Source: an uncultured Gemmatimonadaceae bacterium
Lineage (GTDB): Bacteria > Gemmatimonadota > Gemmatimonadetes > Gemmatimonadales > Gemmatimonadaceae
Direction of reading: 5' to 3'
DNA: 64,000 nucleotides
NCBI GenBank assembly: GCA_963817955.1
Contig: CAWFQK010000002.1
Span: forward strand, 576,001 to 640,000
The notes beneath the pieces were generated by a model. The model saw only the letters and a list, made by a program, of their open reading frames with translations, was not told the origin of the DNA and ran no database searches. Positions 50,357-59,911 of this stretch are shown here, piece after piece. The position numbers were made by a program, and so were the translations under genes. Position 1 is the stretch's first letter. Each line of letters opens with the position of its first letter.

Positions 50357-51835
50357 TCAGAACGCGAGCCAGATGTAGAAGTAGAGCGTGTTGTTGTCGC
50401 CGGCGCTACGGCCACCGGGAACGTCGTACGATGAGCTCGCGCCGTTGAACTTGTTGTACGCAATGTATTGCAGGCCCACGCGCGTGTTCTGCCACGCATT
50501 GTAATTGATCTCGCCAATCGCCCCGCTGGTATTCGGGCTGCCGGTGCTGCTTCCCGTCACCGGAACGGACGGGTACAACACCGGGTCCGCCGTGCCCGTC
50601 GTTTGGAAGTATCCGGCGGTGAGGCTGTACTTCTGGTTGGGTAGATACGCCAGGCTCACACGCGTGGTCGACAGCGTCTGATCGATGTTGTTGGCCCCCC
50701 CATCGGTCTCCGTCGCCAGGAGTCGCTGGCGCTCATGAATGAAGCTCCCACGTCCAATCCATGTGGCGCTTCCCTGACGTTGCTCCACTTGCGCGTCCAC
50801 GCCGACGTCTGTGAATTGGTTTCGTAGGCCGGTGACACCGGTGGGATACAGGTGCGCATCGAACCCGAAGGTGCCGAGCATCAGCGAGGTTGCCGGTGCC
50901 TCGTGCTGTAGCGCCACGCGCCAGTATGGAATCACGCCGGACGTTGTGTTCATGGCGGTCGCGTCGAGCGGCATTGCGACTGCGACGTTTTCCGGCGCCG
51001 AACGATATGCAGTGAACTCGGTGTAGAGCAGGTTATTGTAGAGTGAATACGCGCCGAGTCCCAGAACCTGATGTGACAGCCCGCCGTCGATCAGCGTGCT
51101 CGCGATCGCGGACGGTGCAGTCGAGGAACTCATGAACGGGTACGCCCACGCGGGCACCGTGTTCCACACGTCCTGCACCGTAGGGTTGTTGTGCAGCGTC
51201 AGGCCGTAGAGCAGATCGCGATCGCCCAATGCGTGGTGATTGGCGTAGCGGAGGTCGATATTGTCGATCCCGAACGAGCCGTCCACCGCTGCGTAGGTGA
51301 ATTGAGTGAACGCGCCGACATGTGGTGTGATCGCTCCGGCCACGAACACACTGAATTGGTCCGGAAGCGCAACGGTACCGTTCTGCGTTCCCGGCACGCT
51401 ACTGCGTGTCTGAGTGAGCGACGTCACGAACATGGCCGCGACCGGCGGGAATGACAACAGCTTGAGCGATTCCTTTCCGGCCGAGTCACCGGGCTGACCG
51501 ATCGTTGGCACCGCCGTGAGCGTATAGCCATTCAGCTTGAAACTCCGGCCGAAGGGCGTGAGTTGTGGGAATTGATAGTGGCACGCAGAACAGGCCATTC
51601 CGGTCTGCCGCGAGTACGCCGGAACGGCCCGGTGAATTGCCGCGAGCGCTGTGATGAGTGATGCCGGCGCAACAGCGTGGCGTACCGAAACTCCGCCTAT
51701 CGTGCCGTCCAGAGCTGATGCTCGTTGCACTGGAACGGCAGCAAGGAACAGAGCTGCGAACGCGATTGCACCGAACGTGCGCCACCGGCGCGTGAGATCC
51801 TTCGGGATGAGACTTCTGCATTGATGCGAGTCCAT
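50357..51835 (-). CDS. cyc2: Cyc2-like fused monoheme cytochrome c / outer-membrane porin
   Basis: Signal peptide; VPAYSRQTGMACSACHYQFPQLTPFGRSFKLNGY; beta-strand-rich body ending YIWLAF; GGAGGA RBS. Confidence 0.8.
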   Translation of the reverse strand: MDSHQCRSLIPKDLTRRWRTFGAIAFAALFLAAVPVQRASALDGTIGGVSVRHAVAPASLITALAAIHRAVPAYSRQTGMACSACHYQFPQLTPFGRSFKLNGYTLTAVPTIGQPGDSAGKESLKLLSFPPVAAMFVTSLTQTRSSVPGTQNGTVALPDQFSVFVAGAITPHVGAFTQFTYAAVDGSFGIDNIDLRYANHHALGDRDLLYGLTLHNNPTVQDVWNTVPAWAYPFMSSSTAPSAIASTLIDGGLSHQVLGLGAYSLYNNLLYTEFTAYRSAPENVAVAMPLDATAMNTTSGVIPYWRVALQHEAPATSLMLGTFGFDAHLYPTGVTGLRNQFTDVGVDAQVEQRQGSATWIGRGSFIHERQRLLATETDGGANNIDQTLSTTRVSLAYLPNQKYSLTAGYFQTTGTADPVLYPSVPVTGSSTGSPNTSGAIGEINYNAWQNTRVGLQYIAYNKFNGASSSYDVPGGRSAGDNNTLYFYIWLAF

Positions 51836-52431
51836 CGTTGATGAATCCTCCCGTAAGGACGAGCCGCCCCCCAAGGGCGCGTCAGGTTTTGCTCAGAGCT
51901 GTACCATCGCGGCGAGGGGGGGCCGCGCGCAGCCGAGGCGCGTACAAGTCTTGGAGGGGAAAAAGTAGAGTCTCCCCCGAATGCCTCGTACGCCCCGCGA
52001 GCTTGTCGCTGCAAGGTGCACGCCGACGGTGGCGAATCAGTAGTGCCGGCTGGCGGCCAAGCCTCGATTGCCTCTCTCGCTGCGGCCCCGCTCATTTCAT
52101 ATAGAAGGGCGACTGCTGCGCCGACAGCAACGACTGGGAGCAGGGGTATTTCGCATGAGTGGGTCTCGATTTCGGCTACGTCGCGCCGACGCCACGCGCG
52201 GATTGTTGCGACAACGCATCACCCCGTAGCGCGAACACCGCCCAGCCTGTTGCGCTGATGCCACGAGCGCGCTGTTCGAAAAAACTAACGGTGCGCTCAT
52301 GTCGTTGTTGGAGAACGTCTTGTGCTCGTGCCCGCTCGGAAGCGTGGGAGTTGCCATGGAGGACTGCGAGAGCTGTCTCCACCTCACGACGACCGATCAG
52401 TCGGCCTGTCCTTTTCCACAAGGGGGGGCTC

Positions 52432-52929
52432 ATGAGCCCATACGCAGTTACCAGGTCCTCGCCGAGGGCGCACTCGCGCCCCCGACGTGACACCCGACCG
52501 ATCAACGCGTTGTTGCTCGCAACGTTCGCGCTGTTTGTGCTGTTGGTGCTTTCGGCTGCTTGTTCGCCAGACGCGAGCGCCTGGACGCCGCTTGGTCCAG
52601 GCATTTTGCTATCGACGGCAACCGCACAGCAGGTGTCGGAATTCATTCCGTCCCTGTCCGATGTGCAAACGCGGCTTCTCCCGACGCTCGGCGACCGCGC
52701 GAGCGCGACGCAACTGGGCACACAACTCTCCCAGATCGAAGTCACGCTCAATCGCGGCGACTCACAGGGCACGGAGCTGCAGATCGGTCTCGCGCGGGCA
52801 ACGCTCGCCGCCTATCCCGCAGCCGCGCGCGCGATGGATGCGGTGGAACTCAGCGTCATCGACATCGTGCTCGATCGCGCCGCGCAGTTGGTCGGACTCC
52901 CAGCACTCGCCAACCGTATCGGTGCCTGA
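52432..52929 (+). CDS. Helical lipoprotein, hypothetical
   Basis: Hydrophobic stretch then LSAAC lipobox; G-rich RBS. Confidence 0.6.
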   Translation: MSPYAVTRSSPRAHSRPRRDTRPINALLLATFALFVLLVLSAACSPDASAWTPLGPGILLSTATAQQVSEFIPSLSDVQTRLLPTLGDRASATQLGTQLSQIEVTLNRGDSQGTELQIGLARATLAAYPAAARAMDAVELSVIDIVLDRAAQLVGLPALANRIGA

Positions 52930-52977
52930 TGCCGAGCGAATCCAAATCTCAACATATTTCAGTTCACGAGTGATCAT

Positions 52978-54813
52978 ATGAGACGCAACGAATCCGGCCG
53001 TGAATCCAGTGGCTTACTCCTCCTACTCGCGGCGGGCGCAGTGGTTGCCCTTCCGGGTGTGGCGATTGCTCAAGCGGGCGGTCCCCAACCAGCGGCCAAC
53101 GCGACAACGGTAACGTCGGTAATGTACGCGTGCTATGTCCCAAGCACCGGAACGATTTACCGCATCAAGGAATCAGGGATTCCCGACGCGTGTCTGCGCA
53201 CGAGCCACATTGAGTTCAATTGGAATTCCCAGGGCGCAACCGGCCCAGCGGGCGCCGATGGTGCAAAGGGCGACGCTGGCCCGGCAGGCGTGGCGGGTGC
53301 AGCCGGCGCAGCAGGTCCTCAAGGGCCGAAGGGCGACAAGGGGGATATCGGACCAGCGGGCGCCACGGGCGCCACAGGTGCCACGGGTGTGGCTGGAGTA
53401 GCCGGCGCCACGGGTGCCACAGGCGCCGTCGGTCCCGCAGGGCCAATTGGCCCGCAGGGCCTCAAGGGCGACAAGGGTGATATCGGACCAGCCGGCGCCA
53501 CGGGCGCCACGGGCGCCGTCGGTCCCGCAGGGCCAATTGGTCCGCAGGGCCTCAAGGGCGACAAGGGTGATATCGGACCAGCCGGCGCCACGGGTGCCAC
53601 GGGCGCCGTCGGTCCCGCAGGGCCAATTGGTCCGCAGGGCCTCAAGGGCGACAAGGGGGATATCGGACCAGCGGGCGCCACGGGCGCCACCGGTGCGGCT
53701 GGAGTAGCCGGCGCCACAGGCGCCACGGGCGCCGTCGGTCCCGCAGGGCCAATTGGTCCGCAGGGCCTCAAGGGCGACAAGGGGGATATCGGACCAGCGG
53801 GCGCCACGGGCGCCACCGGTGCGGCTGGAGTAGCCGGCGCCACAGGCGCCACGGGCGCCGTCGGTCCCGTAGGGCCAATTGGTCCGCAAGGCCTCAAGGG
53901 CGACAAGGGTGATATCGGACCAGCGGGCGCCACGGGTGCCACGGGTGCCACGGGTGCCACGGGTGCGGCTGGAGTAGCCGGCGCCACGGGCGCCACAGGC
54001 GCCGTCGGTCCCGCAGGGCCAATTGGTCCGCAGGGCCTCAAGGGCGACAAGGGTGATATCGGACCAGCCGGCGCCACGGGTGCCACGGGCGCCGTCGGTC
54101 CCGCAGGGCCAATTGGTCCGCAGGGCCTCAAGGGCGACAAGGGTGATATCGGACCAGCCGGCGCCACGGGTGCCACGGGCGCCGTCGGTCCCGCAGGGCC
54201 AATTGGTCCGCAAGGCCTCAAGGGCGACAAGGGTGATATCGGACCAGCGGGCGCCACGGGTGCCACAGGTGCCACGGGTGTGGCTGGAGTAGCCGGCGCC
54301 ACGGGCGCCACAGGCGCCGTCGGTCCCGCAGGGCCAATTGGTCCGCAGGGCCTCAAGGGCGACAAGGGGGATATCGGACCAGCGGGCGCCACGGGCGCCA
54401 CCGGTGCGGCTGGAGTAGCCGGCGCCACAGGCGCCACGGGTGCCGTCGGTCCCGCAGGGCCAATTGGTCCGCAAGGCCTCAAGGGCGATGCCGGAGTCGC
54501 CGGCCCACAAGGGCTCAAGGGTGACACTGGTCCCACTGGTCCCACTGGCGCCACAGGTCCGCAGGGACCAGCTGGTATCAGCGGTTTCTTCACGGTCACT
54601 GGACCCCCGGGATCAGTCGACTCGAACAGCGGCAGTTCAACGGCCAGCTGCGGTACGAAGACCGCCATAGGCGGTGGATTTACCACCTCAGGGAGCACGG
54701 TCATCGTTACAAGTTCGGGCATTACCGGTACGGGCTGGACCGTCACCGCGAATACAACGAGCGGGTCGGGTACGGTGACTGCCTTCGCCATCTGCGCGAA
54801 CGTGCTTCCCTGA
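52978..54813 (+). CDS. Secreted collagen-like protein
   Basis: Signal peptide, small Cys-containing N and C domains, 150 consecutive Gly-X-Y triplets. Confidence 0.92.
   Translation: MRRNESGRESSGLLLLLAAGAVVALPGVAIAQAGGPQPAANATTVTSVMYACYVPSTGTIYRIKESGIPDACLRTSHIEFNWNSQGATGPAGADGAKGDAGPAGVAGAAGAAGPQGPKGDKGDIGPAGATGATGATGVAGVAGATGATGAVGPAGPIGPQGLKGDKGDIGPAGATGATGAVGPAGPIGPQGLKGDKGDIGPAGATGATGAVGPAGPIGPQGLKGDKGDIGPAGATGATGAAGVAGATGATGAVGPAGPIGPQGLKGDKGDIGPAGATGATGAAGVAGATGATGAVGPVGPIGPQGLKGDKGDIGPAGATGATGATGATGAAGVAGATGATGAVGPAGPIGPQGLKGDKGDIGPAGATGATGAVGPAGPIGPQGLKGDKGDIGPAGATGATGAVGPAGPIGPQGLKGDKGDIGPAGATGATGATGVAGVAGATGATGAVGPAGPIGPQGLKGDKGDIGPAGATGATGAAGVAGATGATGAVGPAGPIGPQGLKGDAGVAGPQGLKGDTGPTGPTGATGPQGPAGISGFFTVTGPPGSVDSNSGSSTASCGTKTAIGGGFTTSGSTVIVTSSGITGTGWTVTANTTSGSGTVTAFAICANVLP
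53233..54582 (+). repeat. Collagen-coding tandem repeat (10 near-identical core units, 90-144 bp spacing)
   Basis: GCCGTCGGTCCCG.AGGGCCAATTGG at 53425, 53515, 53605, 53731, 53857, 54001, 54091, 54181, 54316, 54442. Confidence 0.95.
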
Positions 54814-54831
54814 CCTTTGGGCCTAGCACGA

Positions 54832-54874
54832 ACAAACCCGCCGGAGCGATGTCGCTCCGGCGGATTTGTGTTTT
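54832..54874 (+). terminator. Intrinsic terminator
   Basis: CCGCCGGAGCGA-tg-TCGCTCCGGCGG followed by T-rich tract. Confidence 0.8.
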
Positions 54875-54934
54875 CTGCCAACTGCACGCTGACGTCCCGC
54901 TACCTTCTCCGCACGACGTCTCTCAGCCCGACCA

Positions 54935-55276
54935 CTACTTCGCGCGCTTCCTCTTGCTCCCCGCCACGGCAATCGCCTTCTGCGCCCACGGCCGCAACGC
55001 TTCGGGATCCTCGAGCAGATCCTCAGGCACCTGATAGTACTGCATCGCCTCGCCGCCCTCGCCGAATGGCAGGAATGGCCCCATGCCGCGCGCTTCGAAA
55101 TCGGGCCGGTTCGTGTCGCTCACCTTGAAATACAGCGTGTCGTTCGCGATCAGCGCGAAGAACAGCTCACCAGAATAGATGCCGATGCCGCCGAACATGA
55201 CGCGTGAATGCACACTCGTCGCCACGCGGGTCAGCTGATCCAACACGAACGTGCGATACGTCGGACTTACCGGCAT
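54935..55276 (-). CDS. TfoX/Sxy N-terminal domain protein
   Basis: MFGGIGIY, FFALI..DTLYFK, YYQVPED. Confidence 0.88.
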   Translation of the reverse strand: MPVSPTYRTFVLDQLTRVATSVHSRVMFGGIGIYSGELFFALIANDTLYFKVSDTNRPDFEARGMGPFLPFGEGGEAMQYYQVPEDLLEDPEALRPWAQKAIAVAGSKRKRAK

Positions 55277-55284
55277 CTGTTTAC

Positions 55285-56340
55285 CTATCTCTGAATGTCG
55301 CGATAACTGGGGTACCCGGGCAGCGACGTTGCCTTCATCACTGCGCGCAGAATCGCCTCCGATACCGCCTCGGCGGCCAGCGCACCCACGGCGGCGACGT
55401 TTGCGTTCACCGCCGATACACCGGACGTCATGGCAAACAGCGTATCGCCATCGTACGGTGTATGCGCCGGGTTGATCGCCCGCGCCAGACCGTCATGAGC
55501 CATCTGCGCGATCTTCGTCATCTGCGTCTTGTCGAACTGTGCGTTCGTGGCGACGACACCGATCGTCGTGTTCTCGCCGGCGCTCCCCGGCTGCACCACG
55601 CCCGTGCCGGCGCGATAGCTGTCCATGATGTCGAGGAATCTCGCACCGTCAGCCGTGCGCGCTCCGGCCACGAGTTTGCCCGTCTTTGGGTCGATCACGT
55701 CGCCCACGCAATTCACGGCGACGATCGCAGCGACAACTACCCCGTTCGCCAATTTAATGCTTGCCGTACCGATGCCACCCTTCATCGGATTGCCGCCGTT
55801 CAACTTTCCGACTGTCGCGCCGGCGCCCGCACCTACGCTTCCCTCGACTACGGTCCCCGTCGTCGCGTTCGCACACGCCTGATAGCCCGATTCGGCCGTC
55901 GGTCGAATCTTGCCGGTGCCGACATTCAGATCGTAGAGGATCGCCGCGGGCACGATCGGCACGTTCCCCGCCGCTGTCGGATACCCGACGCCGCGTTCGT
56001 CCAGATAGCGCATCACGCCCGATGCGGCGTCCAGCCCGAACGCGCTCCCGCCGGCAAGAACGATGGCGTTCACCTTATCGACGAGATTCGTCGGCCGCAG
56101 GAGATCCGTCTCGCGGGTGCCAGGCGCCGAGCCGCGTACGTCCACGCCGGCCACAGCCCCCCGCTCGTAGAGAATCACCGTGCAACCCGTGGGGCGGCGC
56201 GTATCCGTGAAGTGGCCGACGCGAATCCCTGCGACGTCCGTGATGCCGCCGTCCGCGATCGCTGCGTCGGGCCACGCAGACGTGCGGCGGCTGGCGAGCG
56301 CGGAGACCGCCACCGCACCTACGAAGCTTCGGCGATTCAT
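55285..56340 (-). CDS. P1/S58 (DmpA-like) peptidase with Tat signal
   Basis: MNRRSF; ITDVAGIRVGH, RGSAPGTRET, GGSAFGL, NTT, DGDTLF. Confidence 0.9.
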   Translation of the reverse strand: MNRRSFVGAVAVSALASRRTSAWPDAAIADGGITDVAGIRVGHFTDTRRPTGCTVILYERGAVAGVDVRGSAPGTRETDLLRPTNLVDKVNAIVLAGGSAFGLDAASGVMRYLDERGVGYPTAAGNVPIVPAAILYDLNVGTGKIRPTAESGYQACANATTGTVVEGSVGAGAGATVGKLNGGNPMKGGIGTASIKLANGVVVAAIVAVNCVGDVIDPKTGKLVAGARTADGARFLDIMDSYRAGTGVVQPGSAGENTTIGVVATNAQFDKTQMTKIAQMAHDGLARAINPAHTPYDGDTLFAMTSGVSAVNANVAAVGALAAEAVSEAILRAVMKATSLPGYPSYRDIQR

Positions 56341-57689
56341 GGCAGTAGCATGAGGATGAATCCCGTCAGAATGCCCCACGGACCGGACTTCGTGATCGCC
56401 GTCACGGCGATGGCGATCACGATGCTAAATATCGCTCGCCTGGTAGTCGCACGTCGAGAGTAGAGCCCAATGACGAACGGTGCCGTCAGTGCGGTCGCCA
56501 TCAGTGTATAGAACACCTGCAGCGCCGCGATGATCGATGGCAACTGGACGGCCAGCAGCACCGCGAGCACGGCGCCAAGAACCGCAGTCACGCGCCCGAC
56601 CGTGAGAATCTGCCGGTCCGTCGCATCGGAATTCAGGAATGTCTTATAAAGATCGACGCTCAGCGAGCTCGAGAGCATGAACAGGATCGCATCGCTCGCA
56701 CTCACCTCGGCCGAGAACACCGCGGCCAGCGTCAACAGACCGAGCCAGGGCGGCATGAGCTTGGTCATGACCATGGGGAGCGCGAGCTCCCGGTTGGCCA
56801 GTGTCGGAAATTGCGAGTGTGCCACGACCCCCAGCACCACCGGAGCGAAAGCGAACACGAGCAGGCCGAGCGCGTTCCAGCTCACCCCAATCCGCACCGT
56901 CTTTGCGTCGCGCGCGCCGTACACCTTCTGCACCAATCCCGGCGAGATGACGAACGACGGGATGAGGATCGCCATGTACGTCAGGATGCCACTCGTGCCG
57001 AGCGGCGTCGTTTCGCGAAACGCCGGTTGGAGCGCCGTCCAGCCTCCCACCGCGACAATGCCGAACGGAACCGCGAGCGCGAATCCGACGAGCTTCACGG
57101 TGAGCTGGATCATGTTGACCCACGCCGACGACAGCAGGCCTCCCGCCACGAAATAGGCGGACACGACGAGACCACCGATCAGACAGCCCTTCCATTTCGC
57201 GAGACCGACGACGACCTCGAAGATCCACGAGATGGCAATGAGCTGCCCGGCGAGGATCATCAACGCCCCCACCCAGAGGAGCAGGGCGATGAGGCCGCGC
57301 ACCGAACGATCGTATCGCCAATCGAGAAAGTCGCCAACCGTCCGCCACCCGTGCTCCGAGGCGAGCGCCCAGATCTTCGGTCCAACGGTGTTAGCGAGTA
57401 TCAGCGACCCGATGCCGGCGCATCCGACCCACCACCACGCCGACCACCCGTGCAGATACCCGAGCCCCGTCGCCCCAACTGTCGATCCCGCGCCGATGTT
57501 CGCCGCAAGAAAGGTCGATGCAAGCAACCCCGGTCCTAGGCTGCGACCCGCGACGAGAAAATCGTCGGCTCGCTTCACGCGTCTGGCCATGATCAGCCCG
57601 ACAACGATGAAGAACGCCGAATAGACGATCAGAACGAGGAGCGCGACGTTCAAGGGTGGGTTGATTGCGGGATTCAGAGAAAGCGTCAT
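56337..57689 (-). CDS. Sodium:solute symporter family protein
   Basis: DFLVAGRSLG, many TMs, AAVFSAEVSASD. Confidence 0.9.
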   Translation of the reverse strand: MTLSLNPAINPPLNVALLVLIVYSAFFIVVGLIMARRVKRADDFLVAGRSLGPGLLASTFLAANIGAGSTVGATGLGYLHGWSAWWWVGCAGIGSLILANTVGPKIWALASEHGWRTVGDFLDWRYDRSVRGLIALLLWVGALMILAGQLIAISWIFEVVVGLAKWKGCLIGGLVVSAYFVAGGLLSSAWVNMIQLTVKLVGFALAVPFGIVAVGGWTALQPAFRETTPLGTSGILTYMAILIPSFVISPGLVQKVYGARDAKTVRIGVSWNALGLLVFAFAPVVLGVVAHSQFPTLANRELALPMVMTKLMPPWLGLLTLAAVFSAEVSASDAILFMLSSSLSVDLYKTFLNSDATDRQILTVGRVTAVLGAVLAVLLAVQLPSIIAALQVFYTLMATALTAPFVIGLYSRRATTRRAIFSIVIAIAVTAITKSGPWGILTGFILMLLP

Positions 57690-57725
57690 GCGCCAAGCGT
57701 TCGCGCTTGCGTTCCTGACCCAGCA

Positions 57726-58001
57726 CTACTCCGCCGACGGACGTGCGCGACGGCCGCGCGCCGGCGACACATCGATCATCAACGCGATGACGAGGCCGAC
57801 GATTGGCCACAGGCTCCATTGGCCATTCCACCAATGCTGCACGGCCGTGTACCAGAGTAGCGTAGCTGGAAGAAAGATGAAGCCGATGATCGGCCAGAGG
57901 GCGGAGTCGAAGACGCCCCTGAACCAGTTCGAGAAGAACCAGAGCAGGGCAACCGCCAAGCGCGGCATGGCCAGGGCGATCAATGCAATTAGACAGGGCA
58001 T
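57726..58001 (-). CDS. Small membrane protein
   Basis: PR, WP..GFIFLP.T.L.Y; GGAG RBS. Confidence 0.75.
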   Translation of the reverse strand: MPCLIALIALAMPRLAVALLWFFSNWFRGVFDSALWPIIGFIFLPATLLWYTAVQHWWNGQWSLWPIVGLVIALMIDVSPARGRRARPSAE

Positions 58002-58118
58002 AGCAGTCTCCGAGTCGCGTTACTGGAGGATGCGCTCTCTCATATATAGCGGGGGTTCGGCTCAGAGGACGATTGAATACGGTGACGATTGCTGAGCTGT
58101 CGCCATGGCCGTCGCCAC

Positions 58119-58147
58119 TTGACGCTCGCACGCGCCGCGTCCAACGT
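58119..58147 (+). promoter_or_regulatory. TTGACG-N17-CAACGT promoter, 6 nt before ATG 58154 (leaderless)
   Basis: Direct reading of spacing. Confidence 0.55.
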
Positions 58148-58153
58148 GCGTAC

Positions 58154-59833
58154 ATGTCCGACGTCGCGCTCTCGTGGGTCATTGTCGACGGTGCGGCACG
58201 CCGCGTATCGGAATTCGCCCACATCCCGGTGCGTCGCCGTCCGCAGGCTCGCTGTCCGGAATGCGACCGGCCGCTCACGCTCAAACTCGGCGACGTACGT
58301 CGTCACCACGCGGCACACGCCCCGGACGTCATCTGTGCGGCGACACAGCCGGAAACCGCGCGTCACATTGCGGCCAAGTTCGGCCTGGCCGAACGTCTGC
58401 GCGACGCCGCGTCCCCTTCGGCCGTGCTTCGCATCGTACAACACTGCGCGGGAGGCGCAGCGAACTCGGATGCGTGCACGAAAGTGAATGAGGTCGATTG
58501 GCTCAACGGGTGGGACGAGGTGCAGGTCGAACGTCGTGTCAGTGAGACGCTGCGGCCTGACATCGTATTGCAACGAACTGGGTGCGACGTTGGCGCGATC
58601 GAGCTCCTTGTCACGCACGCCGTGCCAGCGGAGAAGATCGTTGCGCTCGCTGCCCTTGGCATTCCTTGGATAGAGGTCGACGCGCGCGACGACTTCGATG
58701 TAGCGGCATGGACGCCCACACAGTCGCTGGCAGTTCTTCGGGCGGGAAGCGAGGCGCCGTGGCGGTGCATGGCGCACGCGGCGGAATATCGCACGCACAC
58801 CGACGTTCGCATGCGCCAGCACGCCGAAGAACGCGAGGCCGGGCGCCATGGCGTGGTGCTGCGCGCCGCCCGAGTGGTGGACGTCTACCATGAGGACGGC
58901 GTGCGCGAACGTAACATCTACCGCGTCGAAGCGCTGTTCACCGACGGTCGCTTGCAGGGCACTCGACTGATGCGCGGCGGATTCGAGGTTGATTCCGTGC
59001 CGCTCACGTCCGATATCGAGTGGAGCGCGACGGGGTGGCCGCGTCTCCGCGACGCATACGCCGCCGATGTCACTCGGTGCTCCCGCGGCGGTCGATCGCT
59101 CGTCGACAGTCCTATGCGGTGGGCGCGCGGCGATGCCGCGGAGAACATCGTGCACGAAGCGGTGTTCGATCGGGTGGGTCTCGACCCGACACCGTTGGCG
59201 ACACGCTTTCCACGCCGCTGGTTCTTCGTTCGAGCGCGCGGCGAATGGTTCTTGCCTCCCGATATGCGCGGCGTGCGCTGGGACCGTCCAGACCCCGATG
59301 CATTCGCCGCGCACCCTGCCTGGTCACGCGCACGCGCGGCCGTACGCGAGCGGCCGGCGCCGCAAGGAAGCTGGGATACTCCGGTGTTTGCCAGCCGGCC
59401 AATCGCCGCGATGTTCGTCGAATGCGTCAGCGCGGTAACGCGCCCAGGTGATGCAGGCGGGCGAACCGGGGGCGGCACCCCGATCGCGGTGATCGACATC
59501 GCATGCACGGATGCCCAGCGGCGCTGCGCGCTCGTCGTCATCGAGCGGCGCGCCGAGGACACGGAGATCTCGTCGATCACCGCGGCATTGTCGCGCGACG
59601 ATTGTGAGCAGCTATGGATCTCCCACCCACAGGATTGGTCGCATGCGCTCACCGACCTTGCGTGGGCGCCAGCTGGTCGGGACGCCCGCGGCCGCGGTGG
59701 CGTCGTGGTGGACGGCGTGGGTGTTTTTGGCGCCGATCAGTTCATTCGGGCCCTGGCGAAAGGGGACCGGCGGCTGCGAACGGAAGCGATCCAGGCGCAG
59801 ATGGCCGACCGGGTGTCGCGCTTGAGGAAGTAA
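58154..59833 (+). CDS. CoiA-like zinc-ribbon + PD-(D/E)XK nuclease-like protein with long C-terminal extension
   Basis: CPEC..HHAAH..C, ETARH..AK, LRPDIVL..AIELLVTH. Confidence 0.7.
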   Translation: MSDVALSWVIVDGAARRVSEFAHIPVRRRPQARCPECDRPLTLKLGDVRRHHAAHAPDVICAATQPETARHIAAKFGLAERLRDAASPSAVLRIVQHCAGGAANSDACTKVNEVDWLNGWDEVQVERRVSETLRPDIVLQRTGCDVGAIELLVTHAVPAEKIVALAALGIPWIEVDARDDFDVAAWTPTQSLAVLRAGSEAPWRCMAHAAEYRTHTDVRMRQHAEEREAGRHGVVLRAARVVDVYHEDGVRERNIYRVEALFTDGRLQGTRLMRGGFEVDSVPLTSDIEWSATGWPRLRDAYAADVTRCSRGGRSLVDSPMRWARGDAAENIVHEAVFDRVGLDPTPLATRFPRRWFFVRARGEWFLPPDMRGVRWDRPDPDAFAAHPAWSRARAAVRERPAPQGSWDTPVFASRPIAAMFVECVSAVTRPGDAGGRTGGGTPIAVIDIACTDAQRRCALVVIERRAEDTEISSITAALSRDDCEQLWISHPQDWSHALTDLAWAPAGRDARGRGGVVVDGVGVFGADQFIRALAKGDRRLRTEAIQAQMADRVSRLRK

Positions 59834-59911
59834 TTACGGGGACAGCCTGTCGACACACGCTAATTTGGTGTGACCCGCTCCGCTTCCACCCCATCAGCCA
59901 CTCGTGAACCT

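Noticed and set aside
51836..52431. Riboswitch (c-di-GMP-I) or FNR box near the Cyc2-like gene
   Set aside because: Only fragmentary matches; TTGAT-N4-GTCCA at 51821 is imperfect and inside the CDS
53233..54582. Regularly spaced direct repeats resembling a CRISPR array
   Set aside because: Spacers are not unique, all spacings are multiples of 9 and encode Gly-X-Y; no cas genes
53173..54887. Long antisense ORFs (445 and 522 aa)
   Set aside because: Shadows of the stop-free collagen repeat
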